Source: Phoronis australis (taxonomy: Eukaryota > Animalia > Phoronida). Taken from it: 64,000 nt of DNA. How positions within the stretch are numbered: position 1 is the stretch's first letter; every line of letters begins with the position of its first letter. The DNA is taken from contig NMRA01000002.1 in the NCBI GenBank assembly GCA_002633005.1, positions 636,044 to 700,043 on the forward strand. Reading direction: 5' to 3'. The notes beneath the pieces were generated by a model. That model did not search any database. It had not been told where the DNA came from and saw only the letters and a list, made by a program, of their open reading frames with translations. The position numbers and the translations under genes are program-made. This document shows, piece by piece, positions 1-13,112 of this stretch.

Positions 1-1496
1 TGTTTTACTGCATTCTGGTTGTTGTATAGATTTTTATGTGTAATGTACACCCTTATGAGGAAGAAGGAAACGTAACTTAGAAAATCTCGTGGTTGCCCAC
101 AGGGGCTCGGTTACATTCGCTGGATAAATAACCCCGTTGCTCAGTCAATTAGAGTGCAGCTTGATTATCATTGACGCAATATAAATCTCTATCGAAAGAG
201 CCAGTGGGGATTTTACGCTTGGAACAAAGCACTTAACCATCTGCTCTTTTTCATGGATGAAAGGATACGATCTTTTGAAGACCGCCCATTTCAGGAGTCA
301 ATGCGGCGGGTGCGGAGATCACAATTCAATGTACACCTAACGGCAGGTCTACTTCAGCCAGGACAGTGTGATTTCTAACTGATCCGGTAGAGTCGGTGAC
401 GGCCGGACGTGTAACAGAGTTGGGTTGATGATGCCAAACAAAGGCAAATGCTTGTCAAATCCCCCACCCCGTTTTCAAAAGTGCCTTTCTACGGACCTGT
501 TGCACGCACGTGATCATATCCAATTGCTCTTCTCGTCTATAGCCGGGCTGCTGTTGCGCACGACGACGACTTTTCTAGTGGTATTTGCTTTTCTTTTAGC
601 CGTGACAACCCATCCTGTTGATTCATCAATTCTTTCATTATCCTTTCCTCAACAGACTACGTATATGTATACAAGGTTTTAATTGTCTCATGTCGTGCGA
701 CAACACAGACCCTTGAGCACTTTACAATGTGGTTTTTAAACTTGGTATTTAAAAGCAATAATAACGAAAAACCAATAAATATATTGATCTGGTAAAACGA
801 GACGAAGCAGTCGGGGCGGCGAACGTCATGATTGGTCGCATACAATGTACATGATCACTTTGGCTTTTTACCGACACTGGTATACCAATGTCTGAGAGGA
901 ACCGCAGGTGGAGAATGCGTGCTGAGCTGTCTGCCTGAAGTGAACGATACCTCAGCTGACATCTCCTGAAAAGGCGTGAAAATCCTACTGTTGAATGAAC
1001 TATCTGATAGTTCATTCGATTGTTCTCGCCTAAAACCATCTGCTTTCCATGTGGTTTTGTTGGCGATGCAGCCCGAGAAAGCGCTTTTCGCGGGCGCATC
1101 GCTCAATGGCACAATCTCGCGAAGCGCTTTTCCTTACTGAACCCAAGGCTGAGATGGCAGCTCTCGTAGTGTTATAGATTGAAAATACGGCAATTGAACG
1201 TCGGCTCCGCTACTGCCTACTCAGACTGGGACAGGCAGCTCAGCTCGTACTTGTAGGTCGGCGTCTGCGCTAATGCCCTGAAACCCTCTGATCCTTTACC
1301 TCAACGTTCTTAGTTCCATTCTGCTTGACGGAAGGCATGTATACGGGACATGATGCTTATTCCCGAGGTGGCTGAGGATTGAATTTTTGAAAGCCAAGAT
1401 TCCCTTCAAGAGGTTGCTTTTTCCGATTTTCAAATCGCAACCTTTTGAAGGGAAAATGACCACTTTTTCAGTTGCGGATTTGGAATTATGAAACGT

Positions 1497-1743
1497 CAGT
1501 GACGGATCAACAGGGGGAAGGGGTTCAGGGGATTTAACCCCCCGGGACAGGATTAAAAATAAAAAAAAATGAAAATAAAAAAACGTCACCAGGAAAACGA
1601 AATCAGCTACAAAAACCAAAAAAATTCTTACAAAAAAGAGAGGGAAAACCACCCCCCGTCCTCCCCCCGCTCGGCACTACGCACCTCGGATTCGCGCGAA
1701 TCCTAACCCCCGCCCCCTTACTGAAAATGTAGATCTTCCACTG
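1497..1743. mobile_element. hAT5-like MITE
   Basis: Termini CAGTGACGGATC and GATCTTCCACTG; 5-bp TSD AACGT at 1492-1496 and 1744-1748. Confidence 0.8.
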
Positions 1744-2056
1744 AACGTGGTTCACTTTGGAACAGATCCCTGAAGAAGGCTTTCATGTTTTATGTGTGGA
1801 AGGTCAAAAACCGTCAGTTGTCCAAAGGTTGTTAATTTAATTTCAATTCAATAAAAAAGGCACGATAAATCATTCGTCTCCGGCATGGCAGTTTTAGTGG
1901 TTGCGCAGGCATGTTTTATGATTTCCCTCTGCCAGGGGTCTCTGTTCCCTGTCTCATTTTCAACTCAATGACCATGACTGGCGGCTCTTGCATTACTAAT
2001 TTTGTAATAATATATCACTAAACTTAAGTCAGTCGTGTACTAAGTTTCGGTTATGT

Positions 2057-2495
2057 AGGACCTCATCGACATCTATATATTCAGTCAAGTATATAGAAAA
2101 CGACAGAATTTAACTCAGTGAAAGTATATATTTTCTGAAAGCAGAAGTCCTGTAGAATTCAATTTTTGGCTACTTACCAATATGTTATCGATTGCGTCAC
2201 GTGACAATGTCTTGGTAAAATTTATAAAAAGAGGTTCATCGTTAGCAATACAACCGTGTCGACAACATGACTAAATTTTATTGTCCTAGATGAAATCTCT
2301 AATATCGCCACTGTGACAGTTTTCTGCATTATCATTTCGTTTTTCATGACAGTCATAAAAGTACTGTTTTTATAACCTCTGATGCAAAAAAGAAAATTTT
2401 AAAAACAGATCCTAACAGTATTTTGGAGAACATTACATAACATATATCTGAAAGTTTCATATGAATCCGAACAGCCATTTCTGAGGTATGATGTT
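2057..2495. repeat. Dispersed DNA-transposon-derived repeat related to 25860-26340, 42565-42960 and the 4211 element arms
   Basis: Shared blocks such as tattttctgaaag.agaa, tcacgtgac.atgt and gaaagtttcatatgaatccg. Confidence 0.55.
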
Positions 2496-2579
2496 TCTTG
2501 GGTCTTAATCGTCGCCACCATAGCAATCTCCATGATAGCAAGTAGCAGCATAAATTCAAGAAAAAAACTACGGTTTTAA

Positions 2580-2627
2580 AACTTGACATGTTTCGGTGTC
2601 ATTTATTAAACACCACCCTCAGAAGTC
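2580..2627 (-). ncRNA. Type I hammerhead ribozyme with a core variant
   Basis: Minus strand reads GACUU CUGAGGGU GGUGU...ACACC GAAA CAUGUC AAGUU. Stems I and II pair and the cleavage triplet is GUC, but core A9 is replaced by G. Confidence 0.6.
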
Positions 2628-2765
2628 ATAATACAGTGGCCACCTAGCTAGGCCCAGCAACAAGTAATGAAGCACAGATACAGTCAGTTACAGGGAGTGA
2701 CAATGAACTAGACCAACAATGACAACCTGTGGTGTGTCAGTTGCCTATTGAGATTGGGCTTGCAC

Positions 2766-2785
2766 CATAGATTATATAGTCTATG
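2766..2785. mobile_element. 20-bp palindromic P-element-like mini insertion
   Basis: CATAGATTATATAGTCTATG flanked by the 7-bp duplication CTTGCAC. The paralogous copy near 60240 shows the empty site. Confidence 0.7.
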
Positions 2786-4210
2786 CTTGCACCAACTGAT
2801 ATGTAAAGCCTTCTCGAGATGGAAAACAAGCCATCACAGTTTACAATTAATTGCATATTGATTATATTGCGGTGATTTGTTTTTCGGAGGGTCCACTTAC
2901 AGTCGCAGTCTAGAGGATAGGCCTACGTCATCTGGTGTAACCCCACAAATCACAAATTGTTGCAACTAATAACTACGACAGTTATGTTAGTGCTTCGAAG
3001 TTCAACACAAACTGCCCTCATTTGAGGATTGTTACAGTCTATGCTACTTTTGTTGACGCCTCGTTGTCAATTTTCAAGAATTAAACAGTAAAAAGGTCAT
3101 TTGGCTTCTTGCTGTATCCAAAGATGGGAACCTCGCGCCTGTTTTTTTGTGTCATAAATCGCAACCAAGCAAGTTGCTTATTGACTTAATGGTTCACCTG
3201 ACGTCATTTTCGACAAGTTGCTACAAAACGAACACTAAGAAATAGTATCATCCATTTCGCCGTCTCGTTATGTTACTGTGTTTCTTTTGTACTTTTTTCT
3301 GTTGTTATTATCTATATTGTTCTTCTTGATTGTTAATATCTATTTAATTTATCGTTATTCGGTGGTCAGCTGTTAGCGGCCCGTACCTTTGCTGGCCACA
3401 TAGTCATATAACAATGCATGTTTTTATATGTTTTAAAAAATAAAAGTTTGTTTCTCTCTTTCTTGTGATATGTACCATCTTTGAGATTTGCCTCTCACTC
3501 CAAGTATGCCTGCATTGCTTTTTGTTCTGTAATAGTGTAGTTACCTTTATGAACCGTGCGTTACATCAAGACATTCACGATTTTCTTGCACAGTCCGCAA
3601 GAAAGTATGAAGTGGTCCTTTAACCCCTGTACGCTCTCTTCTTGTGCCGGAAGTCAAATGATTACTATTGCAAAAAGGATTGGCCGACATCCGTGGTAGA
3701 CCTTGAAGGCCTACATGCATGGTGATCTATCTACCTTGGGAACCAGAGTAGAAAGTCTTACCTAATGACCTCAGCAAATTAACACTCACCTAAAATGTGT
3801 ACGAACCGATCAGATTGCCGTTAAAATACGTTATATAGATATGCCACTTCAACTTTAATTCCGATCACACCTGTTACTAACCTGTCGTAAAACGGCACTT
3901 GTATGCGCAGTGCCCGATTGTGTCGTTCTCACTGGAGCAAATATTTCGCCGACAGGTGTTTATCCGTCATCACCACTTGACCGACTGCCAGGGACAACCG
4001 CTAGAACCTAAGCCACAACTACTGTACGCGTTTATAGCTAGGCCGTTAGGCGAATTTAATCTCATCATCATAAGAACTTCACTTGTCGGAAACATCCAGT
4101 TTTGGTACGTGTAGAGAATCACATGGTTCAGTTTTTAGTACGTGTTGTTTATGCAAGTACTACAAAACGAAATTCGGTAATAAAAACCGTCAGCTAACTG
4201 GTTATCTCAG

Positions 4211-4872
4211 TAGGACCTTAATAAATGACCTCAACTCTAAGTCAATTATCCAAAAAGTATGCGTTTTCAACCATTAAAAGTATATATTTTCAGGAAGGAG
4301 AAAGATCGAGGATTCTAAATATACTCTTCTAACTACTGTGTCTTTATTGTTGTCTTGTGACCGCGTTTTTTAAGTCAAATTTTCACGTGCAAGAAAGGTA
4401 CATTCATAGCAATATAACCCCCAGCCGATTTTATTGAAATTTTTTAAATGAAAACTTTACGTTATGTCTCAAAAACGTTGTTGTTATTTTTCTTTAATGC
4501 CTAGTCCTCGCGTACCGACCGATGTATGAAAAATACTGCTGTTTTTTACAAGAGTGCCTTTTGTTTTGCGAGTTGATTTGGCATCAAAGCCGAACTAAGA
4601 GAATAAACAAAAATTCCTAATAGCGTTTTTGAGACATAACGTAAAATTTTCATTTGAAAAAGTTTAAGTAAAATCGGCTGGGGGTTCTTGTGCTATGGAT
4701 ATACCTTTCTTGCATATGAAAATTTGACTTAAAAACGTGGTCACGTGAGAATAACAAAGACACCATAGTAAGAAGCATATTTTTAGAATCTTCGATGTTT
4801 CTCCTTTCAGAAAATATACTGTACTTTTAATGGTTGACAAAGCGTAGACTGAGGTCGTTTATTAAGGCCCTA
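4211..4872. mobile_element. Foldback-type MITE with ~265-bp terminal inverted repeats
   Basis: 4211-4477 is an imperfect reverse complement of 4624-4872; termini TAGGACCTTAATAAA and TTTATTAAGGCCCTA. Confidence 0.8.
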
Positions 4873-7800
4873 GATAACCTTGAAATGGTCAACTTCAAAT
4901 TAGCAAAGATTTTACGAGGGCGGACTTAGGCGCGTCAGGACAAATTATTGAGTTCGTTCCCAGCAATCACGAACTTCCGGTTCTCTCTGTACCCAGAAAT
5001 CCTTATTTGAATGAAGAAGAGTTTGCATGATGATTTTTTGTAGACGACATATTTTCTAAGATTATACAGAGACAAGTAGATTTCGGTTAGAAGTACAGCA
5101 AATGTTTGTCGTGGGAAAACATTTTATTCGGTAAAACACAGGACTAAGAATGGTAAGTTTTAAAATTGATTTTATTAATTTCTATTCTGCTAAAATAAGA
5201 TGTAGGCTACTGTTTCAGATATTAAAGTTTCGTTAAATTTTTACAATATAAGTCTGTCTGGCACAACTGTTTATTTGTCAAGAATAAATAAAAATGTAAA
5301 AGAATTTAAAAGTTCTTGGCGTGGACTGCATAATGTTTTCACTGGCTAAATAACTTTCAATACTGCAGTGACCAATGATGTATGTATGTGTAAACGTGGT
5401 TTCTATTATAATTTTTCTTCATAAACGTTTGTTATTTAGTAATCAATGTTTTAAAAATGTTTTTCATTTAATCCTGTGTTAACAACTTTTCATGGAATTC
5501 AAGGAATTGTTTGACACGTTGTTCTTTGTCTAAGCAAATATTGACAGGTGACAAGACCATTTTGTAATTTAGTTGTATTTAACACAGAATGCTTTAATGG
5601 GCCTCTGGTACAGACGTCGGTTACAGTGTTTTGGTTTAGAAAGGTGTTTATTTAAACATGCTAAACGTTTTACCGACATCTGTCTCAGATATGTTTCTAA
5701 TTTAGATTCGTACTTAGAATTTTGAATAGCGACTTATGAATGGCGTTTTTACAGAACATCTAACTTGTACGGTTACTTTTCGTGTGATTTTGTGCTGCTC
5801 TTATGAATAAAAATTGAGACCCGGTGATTTTATTGCAGTAAATGAACTACACCACAAGGCATTTTTGGCAAAAAGCCTGACACACAGCACCTTTAGGGAT
5901 CATCGATTTCTAAAAAAGTCGAAAAGTACATGCCGTAACAGATTTTGCTGTTTTATGATTGAACAAAGCTAACAACACCAAGACGTTGATACCCCAAAAA
6001 AACTCCTGATGTTCCTTTTGCAGCCCATAAAATCGTAGTCCTCTGATCGCTTACATGTGATTTCCGGCGTTTGTGAATTTTTCATCTTCGTAGCACACAA
6101 TTATCGCTCTCATTGAAGAGGCAATCTGAAGATTTTAATAACCGTCGTTGGATGTCTGTTGATTGAGATTGCGGGAGATAATTACAAAACCACAGTTGAA
6201 AATTGTTGACTTGACGTCGTTCAAGCTGACGACCCCCGTCTTCATCCATTGTCATGGCCACTTTTTATCGCTGCAACGGGAGACTATAAAGTGCCCCAAA
6301 TGTCCATTGTCCAACCCTTCTCCAGGATTTCGGTGCTTGTGGTTTTTCCAGAACCTCAGTGCTTGATTGTGCCAAATATGACAAAAAATCTAATTGAAAG
6401 CGATTTCAAAAGTGTTACAGCATGTTATAAAGGAGCCACCAGTACATACGGGGACATCCTATTAAAATGCGTAGGCGAAAAATGCATAAAAATCCACACT
6501 TGGCAAGATTTGGAACCGAGTGACACTCCGTCATTTTAGATTTACCGCGACGGAGAAACACAGTCTATTCGGCTGTGCTAAGTGAAACTTGGGTAGACAT
6601 ATTCGTAACAACAAACTTGCAATATCGCAACAATTAAGGATGTTCATACTATTGGCAAAATATTGACAACAAATTTTCAAGCGTAAACGGCAGAGTGTTT
6701 TAAGCGTATTAACCGGTAAAGCACAGGCCTTGATTTCAGCGAATGTTTGGGAGACAACGGTGAGAATTGTGGATATGTAATACAGTATCAAAAACACAAC
6801 GGATTTTATTGTTTTATATCTCTGGTCAAAGCTAATAACTTCAAAAAGTCTATCCCATTCAGCGTTGTGGCCGGGCTTTAAAAATCAAGCACAAGTTCGC
6901 GTTATGGCATCTCAGGTGACTAGCGCACTGTTTCGAGTTCTAAAACTTTATGTTGAAAAATCGACGCGTGTTGATGTTTATTTACCGCTTTACATGTTTA
7001 ACGTTCAACAAGCCCGACAGGTGTCGGTTTGTTACCAAGCGAGCTTACAAAGCGAGCTTGTCGGTAGCAGCGACAGCTACTTCCCGGACAGTTACCTTCA
7101 AAATTTGACCTCGGTTTAACGATGAAGATATTACACTCACGGATTTAGAATTTTTTTTCTCGGTCTTGTAACCAGAGTGGGACCTTAGCTTGAAAATTGG
7201 CGTAACTTCGCGATATGTCAGTGATGGCCGAGGAAGGTGATAGGTATTCAGTATTTCAACTCAAAATTATTATAAATTCTACGCATCATATACAAGCAAA
7301 TGAATAAACATTTGGACAGTTGACAACCAAATTTGTATAACAAGAACCAAAATGTGAATCAAAAACAACCAAACAAAACAAAACAACTGGAGTTTTACGC
7401 TCATGTAGTTATCAACCCGTTTACAAAGACAACATTACTTGAACATGAACAAAAAACTCAGACGAGCACAGTCTAGTTTTGGCTAAAATAAAAAATGCGT
7501 TAAAAAGGCTTATAGTTTGATACCAGAAAAAGAGAAAACAATATAGCACGTTATCTGTTACTCAATTTGATATAAGTTTTTGAACTAAAATATTAACCCC
7601 TTCAGATAGGGTCTTTAAACGTCACCTGCATAACTTATCCACAAACATTTGCTGTTGTTAAGTGCGTCCATTTCGAAACTGCAACTCGTGAAATATACAC
7701 GGTACACATTTTGGCATTCACGAGACTTGATATACAAGCACTTCATATTAAACTGTCTTCAATGCACTTAACATTACTTGATTTTCAAATTGATTTTCAT

Positions 7801-8398
7801 ATTATGGATATTTCCGTGTGGCAGTGTGATAAAACGCAATGCATGGTTATGTTATTTCGTTTTCGCTTGTTCGCTCATTTTTTCTTTGAACGACCGCATT
7901 TCATTTGTCAAAAGGAAATGGATATCATTCAGACAATATATCATATGTGAATTCTTCAGTGACAACGTCTTATCCCTTCTTACTTTCCTTAACCAATCTT
8001 TGTCAAGAGGAAGATCGAAATAAGTTTTGAATTACGATCGCTGTTGGAAAAGAAATGCACCTTATTGCATCATGTTCCATCAATTTGTGGTAAAAATGTA
8101 AAAGATTTTTTTTTCTGTTAACGTGGTCACAACACGACATGGTTATTAATCCCACACCGCTTTTTCTCTGAATTCCTGAATGACTCGGGCAGAAATTCGT
8201 CTTAGTTCGGTTTGCCAACAACTGGTTTTCCACAGTAAATGTTGAGACGGTATGGCTCAGTGGAAGGTGCTCCGACCTTCTACTTGGGAGACCAGCTTTA
8301 CCAGCTGACAATCGAGCATGGCACAGAGATGTCTCTTACGCGTTGGGGCTCGGTCTTACTAGTGAATATATACAAGGGAGTGAACGTGAACCTGGATA

Positions 8399-9419
8399 CA
8401 TAGGCGGATTTAGGGGGGGGGCCCAGGGGGCCCGGGCCCCCCCCCCCCCTTGGCTGGCGCAAAAAAAAATAAAACAGCAAGAGCGTAGGGAAACGTTGAG
8501 TTTATTAATTTGCCCCGGTAATTAAAATTATGCAGATGAAAAAAGATTTAAATGTGTGCAGTTTTAGTGTTTGGGGGGGGGGGTCAGATCCAATTTCAAG
8601 TGTCAAATTCGGAACACGGCGCATTCGTAACGGAACTATGGCTAAGTATAAGCTCTCCCGCGATATCCCAGGCGACCGGCAGTGGCGCTGCGCACTGCGA
8701 CCCCGTTTCCATCGTCTGCTCCACTGTGCAATGGAGAAAATTTACTTCATTTTTAAAGAAAATGGAACCTGAGTGACGATGAAAAAACAGAAGCTGCTGG
8801 TAAGATGTGAATTTTAATCGAAGCCTTAGTGAATCACTCAGAAACTCGCAATACTCTCTTTGTCAAACCTTATCTTAAGACGATTTCCAAAGCAATCCCG
8901 TCATTATTGCCAACACGAAAAACGGATTTGGTCTTTTGGGCATTTGAAGACTACTTTAAATACGACAAATTTGTTAAGAATTGATGGCACAAAACGTAAA
9001 ACGTGTAATAAGCATTACAAAAAGAAGTAGGTTTCGCGCGCAAACGCTGTGGATCATAAACAAGTAGGTCTCTTAGTTTGAATGTGTTAGTGAAGTCGTG
9101 GTGGTGTAGTGGCAAATTACGCGCGTCCTACCAACCAGGTCGTGAGTTCGAGTCTGTGAAAGGTGCAATTTTTCCTGTTTTTTTTTTCCTTTTTTTCTTG
9201 GATAATACATCAGAAATCAAGGAAAATGCTTGATTTTTAGAGGAAAAAACAGAAAAATTTCCTGGGCGGGAGGGGGGTTTGCCCCCCTCCCGCCCAGGAA
9301 ATTTTTCCGACCTCTCCCCCATTCGGTGCTATGCGCATCTACAATCGTGGTTTGCGCAAATGCTTACAGCTGGACAAGATGTTGGGCCCCCCCCTTGTGA
9401 TATCCTAGATCCGCTTCTG
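8399..9419 (+). mobile_element. ~1.02-kb hAT5-like non-autonomous element, copy 1
   Basis: Termini CATAGGCGGATTTAGG and CCTAGATCCGCTTCTG; 5-bp TSD GGATA; highly similar to 47705-48724. Confidence 0.9.
9095..9160 (+). other. tRNA-derived (SINE-head-like) Pol III promoter module inside the MITE
   Basis: A box TGGTGTAGTGG and B box GAGTTCGAGTC with tRNA-like spacing, but no proper cloverleaf. Counterpart at 48398-48460. Confidence 0.6.
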
Positions 9420-10945
9420 GGATATAATGCGAAAGAGATTTCTGTCGGTACGCTAATAAAATAATCGAATATTTCCATTAGCCATCAAAAAGGCTATAGT
9501 GCATTTCTGAATATGTAACTAGCAGGGATCATTTTACAAAAACATGCCTATGGGTCAAATGACCTCAGAGACTCTATGAACCACGTTAACTTCTTCAGCC
9601 CTTTTCCGATTCATCTTTCAGGTGTGTATTTGTCTGATATCCCAGTACGGGATTTTACTGCATTTCAGTTAAGCAAACCTAAAACCCACAACTAGGACCA
9701 GCACTTTTACAATATGTGGTCCCAAATGATCCGCGGTAACGCGGGTGCGACATTGACGAAAGCGATGATAGGTCTGAGCCTCTTGCAATAATTTTTATAT
9801 TCTTTAGAACCTGGCATGCTAAACCATATATCACTGACACGGAGCTTGTTGTTTAATCAGGTAGTGTAAAAATGTGTTAGAATCTGAATGCAACGCATAT
9901 TTTTTCCGTGGCGGAGTCACCAACGTAATTTTGATGCCCCAGTTGGCCCGAGTTGAGCAATTGCAATTAGGTAATAAAACTTTTATGCTCTAGTGACGCG
10001 GGACGCACTCCTTCAGTTTCCCCTGTCAATAGTTTTAAAACTATGAAGTTATATATAGCGACCAATGAATTTAGTGAGCACGCTTTTCACATTATGGAGT
10101 CACGACACGAGTCAGCTGGGAAATCTACTCAACTGACGATAACATGACTATAACAATATAATGTCATATGCTAAGTACGTTGTTCAACACTAAAATGTGT
10201 TGTATCGATATTGTGGGAGTCGACAGTCAGGTCTGCGGCAAGACTCACTCACAAAAACAAGACGTTATTTGATAGCACGTTTTACGCTCCAGGCAGCTTT
10301 TCTAATTTCGATTCTCCGTTGAAGACTATCGACGCGCTGACGGAAAATCAACACTGACTCTTATCATCGCGATGGATTAAGACGTGTTTCTTGTAGTCGG
10401 TGGCTCCCCAACGATACGAGGATAAGAGCGAAGATTATAACTTCAAATCTATATCTCTTAGTTAATGTTTTCAAGCTTTGTCTGTTTTAGAAATCTCAAA
10501 ATGGCTTTGGAACGCAACTAGGGTAAACAATTGATTTTGAAAACAATTCAAATTTGGCGGATGACAAACACGGATTGATATTGTCTCGTTGGTCGCGTCC
10601 ATTTGGTGTATGCAAAATTCTGATTCAAGGGACATTCTATTAGTATATGTATACGCATATTTATATAAACAGGCCAAGAATTTTTATTCGCCAGTTGACT
10701 TCATGCGTTGTCGGTGGGAGTCGTATTCTCCAGAGGACCAGTATCAGTTGGGGGTATCTACACCTCCTTCCGTTGGCGAACATTACACATGACCGTCTAG
10801 GTTTCGTTAACTCGTGAAATAGTACTTAACGCGTGCACAAGGCCGTGACTTTCACTGCTGCGATTTCTGTTAGATACTAGCTGATCTACATAGACTGTTT
10901 ACAAACATCGGTGAAGGAGTAAACACAAGACGTGTACAGGTTAAC

Positions 10946-10952
10946 ATGTCAG
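10946..10952 (+). CDS. Putative start-codon exon (ATG TCA G) of the same gene
   Basis: aacATGTCAG|GTAAGT is a consensus donor in phase 1. It joins exon 41564 (TG TCT ATG...) in frame to give MSVSMEII. Confidence 0.45.
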
Positions 10953-12899
10953 GTAAGTAGTTAATGGGGGTGAGTATACTTCCTTCATTTTTTAACGGTT
11001 ATCTCGTCAACTTAATGTTCAAAATGATTGATCATCGGCTTGAAGACCAATGTTAAAAACTAAACGCAATTCGACTCGACGTACTTAGCCTTTTTCCCCA
11101 ACGTCGGTTATTCGGCGCTAAATCATCGCAGAATGTTTTTATTATAAGAAATAGTAGGCATTAAGTCTTAAGAAAGCAAGGAATTTACACAGCTGAGCTA
11201 GAACCCGTGCTTGGACCTATCTTGATAAAGGAGTACATTGTTGTGCGGCTATAGGTTATGATGGGTCGTGTTTCACAAAAATGTGATTCATCAATTGATG
11301 CATAGCCCAGCCAGGATGAGTGATTTGTGCCAGTTTTCACAACAGAATAAACCGCTAAGCAGTCGATCACGATTTTAAAGAAAATCGCTGAAACGGGTCA
11401 TGCATAGATATTAATTGGAGTCAGTGTTTGAAAATGATATTCATGACTTATTGAAATATCCGTTCCTGGTCATGAAGTGAAATTGATCAAACAGCCGGGT
11501 CAGTTTACATGCTCCGTTCTTTTAAAAGGGACATTATTGGTTTACGGCTGAAAAACATATTTTAGGGATTAATGATGGATGGAACAGACTTCTAGAAGTT
11601 CTTTAAGTTAGTTTGACCAGAGCTATAAAGCTGCAAAATGCTTTTTTGGGGTTTCATTGCAAATCGTACGTAATTCTCGTCGTTGTCTTCCAGGCATCCC
11701 GCTGAAATCGAAGCTGTTGACTTAGCTCCGTCAGCAGAGCGTTAGACTGCCACGCGAGGGCCCCAGGTTTAGTTCCGTTCTGAGACTGAACGTAGCAACA
11801 TACTTTTCTCCATGATACTGCCATTTAAAGAACCAGTTATCGTCGAGAAATGAACCTGTAACCGCTGCAGTGGCAGTTAAACGCTCTGCTCGTGCTGGGA
11901 AATTAATTCGTCCACTCAAAAGTATTTAAAGATACACTTTCCATTACAATCAGTAATTTAGAAGTCATGATTAGTTTCGTTAATCGAAAGATATTACTAA
12001 AATATAAAGATTTCGTAACTTTCAGCCTTTTCTGTGTTTGCATTATTCTATTATTATTTTTAAAAAGTTTTTAAAGAGTGGGCGGTGTTTCCGCGGAAAT
12101 CTAATGACAAATGGCGACAGTTGAATGAGTACAAATAATGCACGAGAGATCTGTCACTCATTACGGCGGCGACTTTAGGTAATAGTGCACTACCAAAAAT
12201 AAAATTAAACTAAAACATTCATATTAAATTCAGTTAACATTGACAATATTTTGGAGTTGTGTTGAATGAGGACTATTTGGACTCAAAGAACCACGGAACG
12301 CGAAAGCTCGTCAAAATATCTTTTAATCAATTCCTGACGAAAGTACCATCTCGCAACGTCTATTACAGAGTAATTCACTTTCCCCTGTGAGGAAAAATTC
12401 AGAAAAAAATCACAAAATTCACGATTTTTAAAATACGCGCTAAGGAAAAACTCTGTGGTTACCACAAAGTTTCTAATCTACCTCCCACTTATGATAAATA
12501 CGCGCATGCGTTCACAGTCAGTTGATTGAAGTCGCTTGCGGTCAAAGGTCACAATTTCCATATAAGGGCAACGTCTACATCTTGCCATACCAAATGATGA
12601 GACGTGCTTTGCCTTGTGGGAGAAAAATCGACAAAGTGGCGAGCAGTTGACAGATCGTCTTTTTGAAATTTTAAACTAAAAGTAAATGTTTTGATATCAA
12701 CGAAAATTAGAAATCTTTACGAGCAAACTTAAAATTACCTGGTGAGCAGGTTGAATTCTGTTTCAGTGGCAGAGAACCACTTTAAATGTTGCAACTTAGT
12801 CTGTTTATCGCGTTCCAGACCTCTTTAAGTTTCAACTGACCTAACTTGCGTTAAAATTCGTGCCATGACATTTTAAAATGTAGTGAATTGGAAAGTGTA

Positions 12900-13112
12900 A
12901 TTTAACTGATAAAGCCACCGGCCTTGAGTTCAGAGAATGTGTGGTAGACAACGACAAGAATTGACAGTATGTAATAAAACAACAAAATCACAACGGATTC
13001 TGTTGTTTTATAACTGTGTTCAAAGCTAATCGCTTCCACAAGACTTGCCCATTTAATAATAATGCCCAAAATGCGTTTTTTCGGCCGTAAAACCGCTAAT
13101 GTCCCACTAAAT
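12900..13112. repeat. Dispersed MITE-end family (probably Kolobok-type); other copies at ~6700-6850, 11523-11630 (inverted), 21230-21415, 32760-32812, 39680-39848
   Basis: Recurrent ttgttttata...tcaaagctaat.acttc...caaaatgcgttttcggccgtaaaac, ending at or near TTAA. Confidence 0.6.

Larger units (their letters stand above)
2525..2810 (-). repeat. Hammerhead-bearing Penelope pLTR/retrozyme-like repeat, copy A
   Basis: Aligns by eye with 60030-60264 (same strand) and 61022-61250 (opposite strand). Confidence 0.75.

Noticed and set aside
60-185. Crypton-like terminal motif
   Set aside because: Resemblance from memory only, with no recombinase relic or partner end in the window.
1472-1828. Possible exon (ctttttcag acceptor) interrupted by the 1497 MITE
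   Set aside because: Two frames are equally open, the donor is weak and no protein is recognisable.
5470-5730. Possible LINE RT C-terminal relic on the minus strand (LETYL...YQRP)
   Set aside because: Too degraded to support a call without a search.
8530-8776. ORFs repeated at 47853-48059 as a duplicated gene
   Set aside because: They lie within two copies of a MITE and their frames and stops differ between copies.
9095-9160. Genuine tRNA gene (also 48398-48460 and the A-box-like 8247-8265)
   Set aside because: Only the promoter boxes are recognisable, acceptor and anticodon stems do not form, and the two main cases lie inside a MITE.
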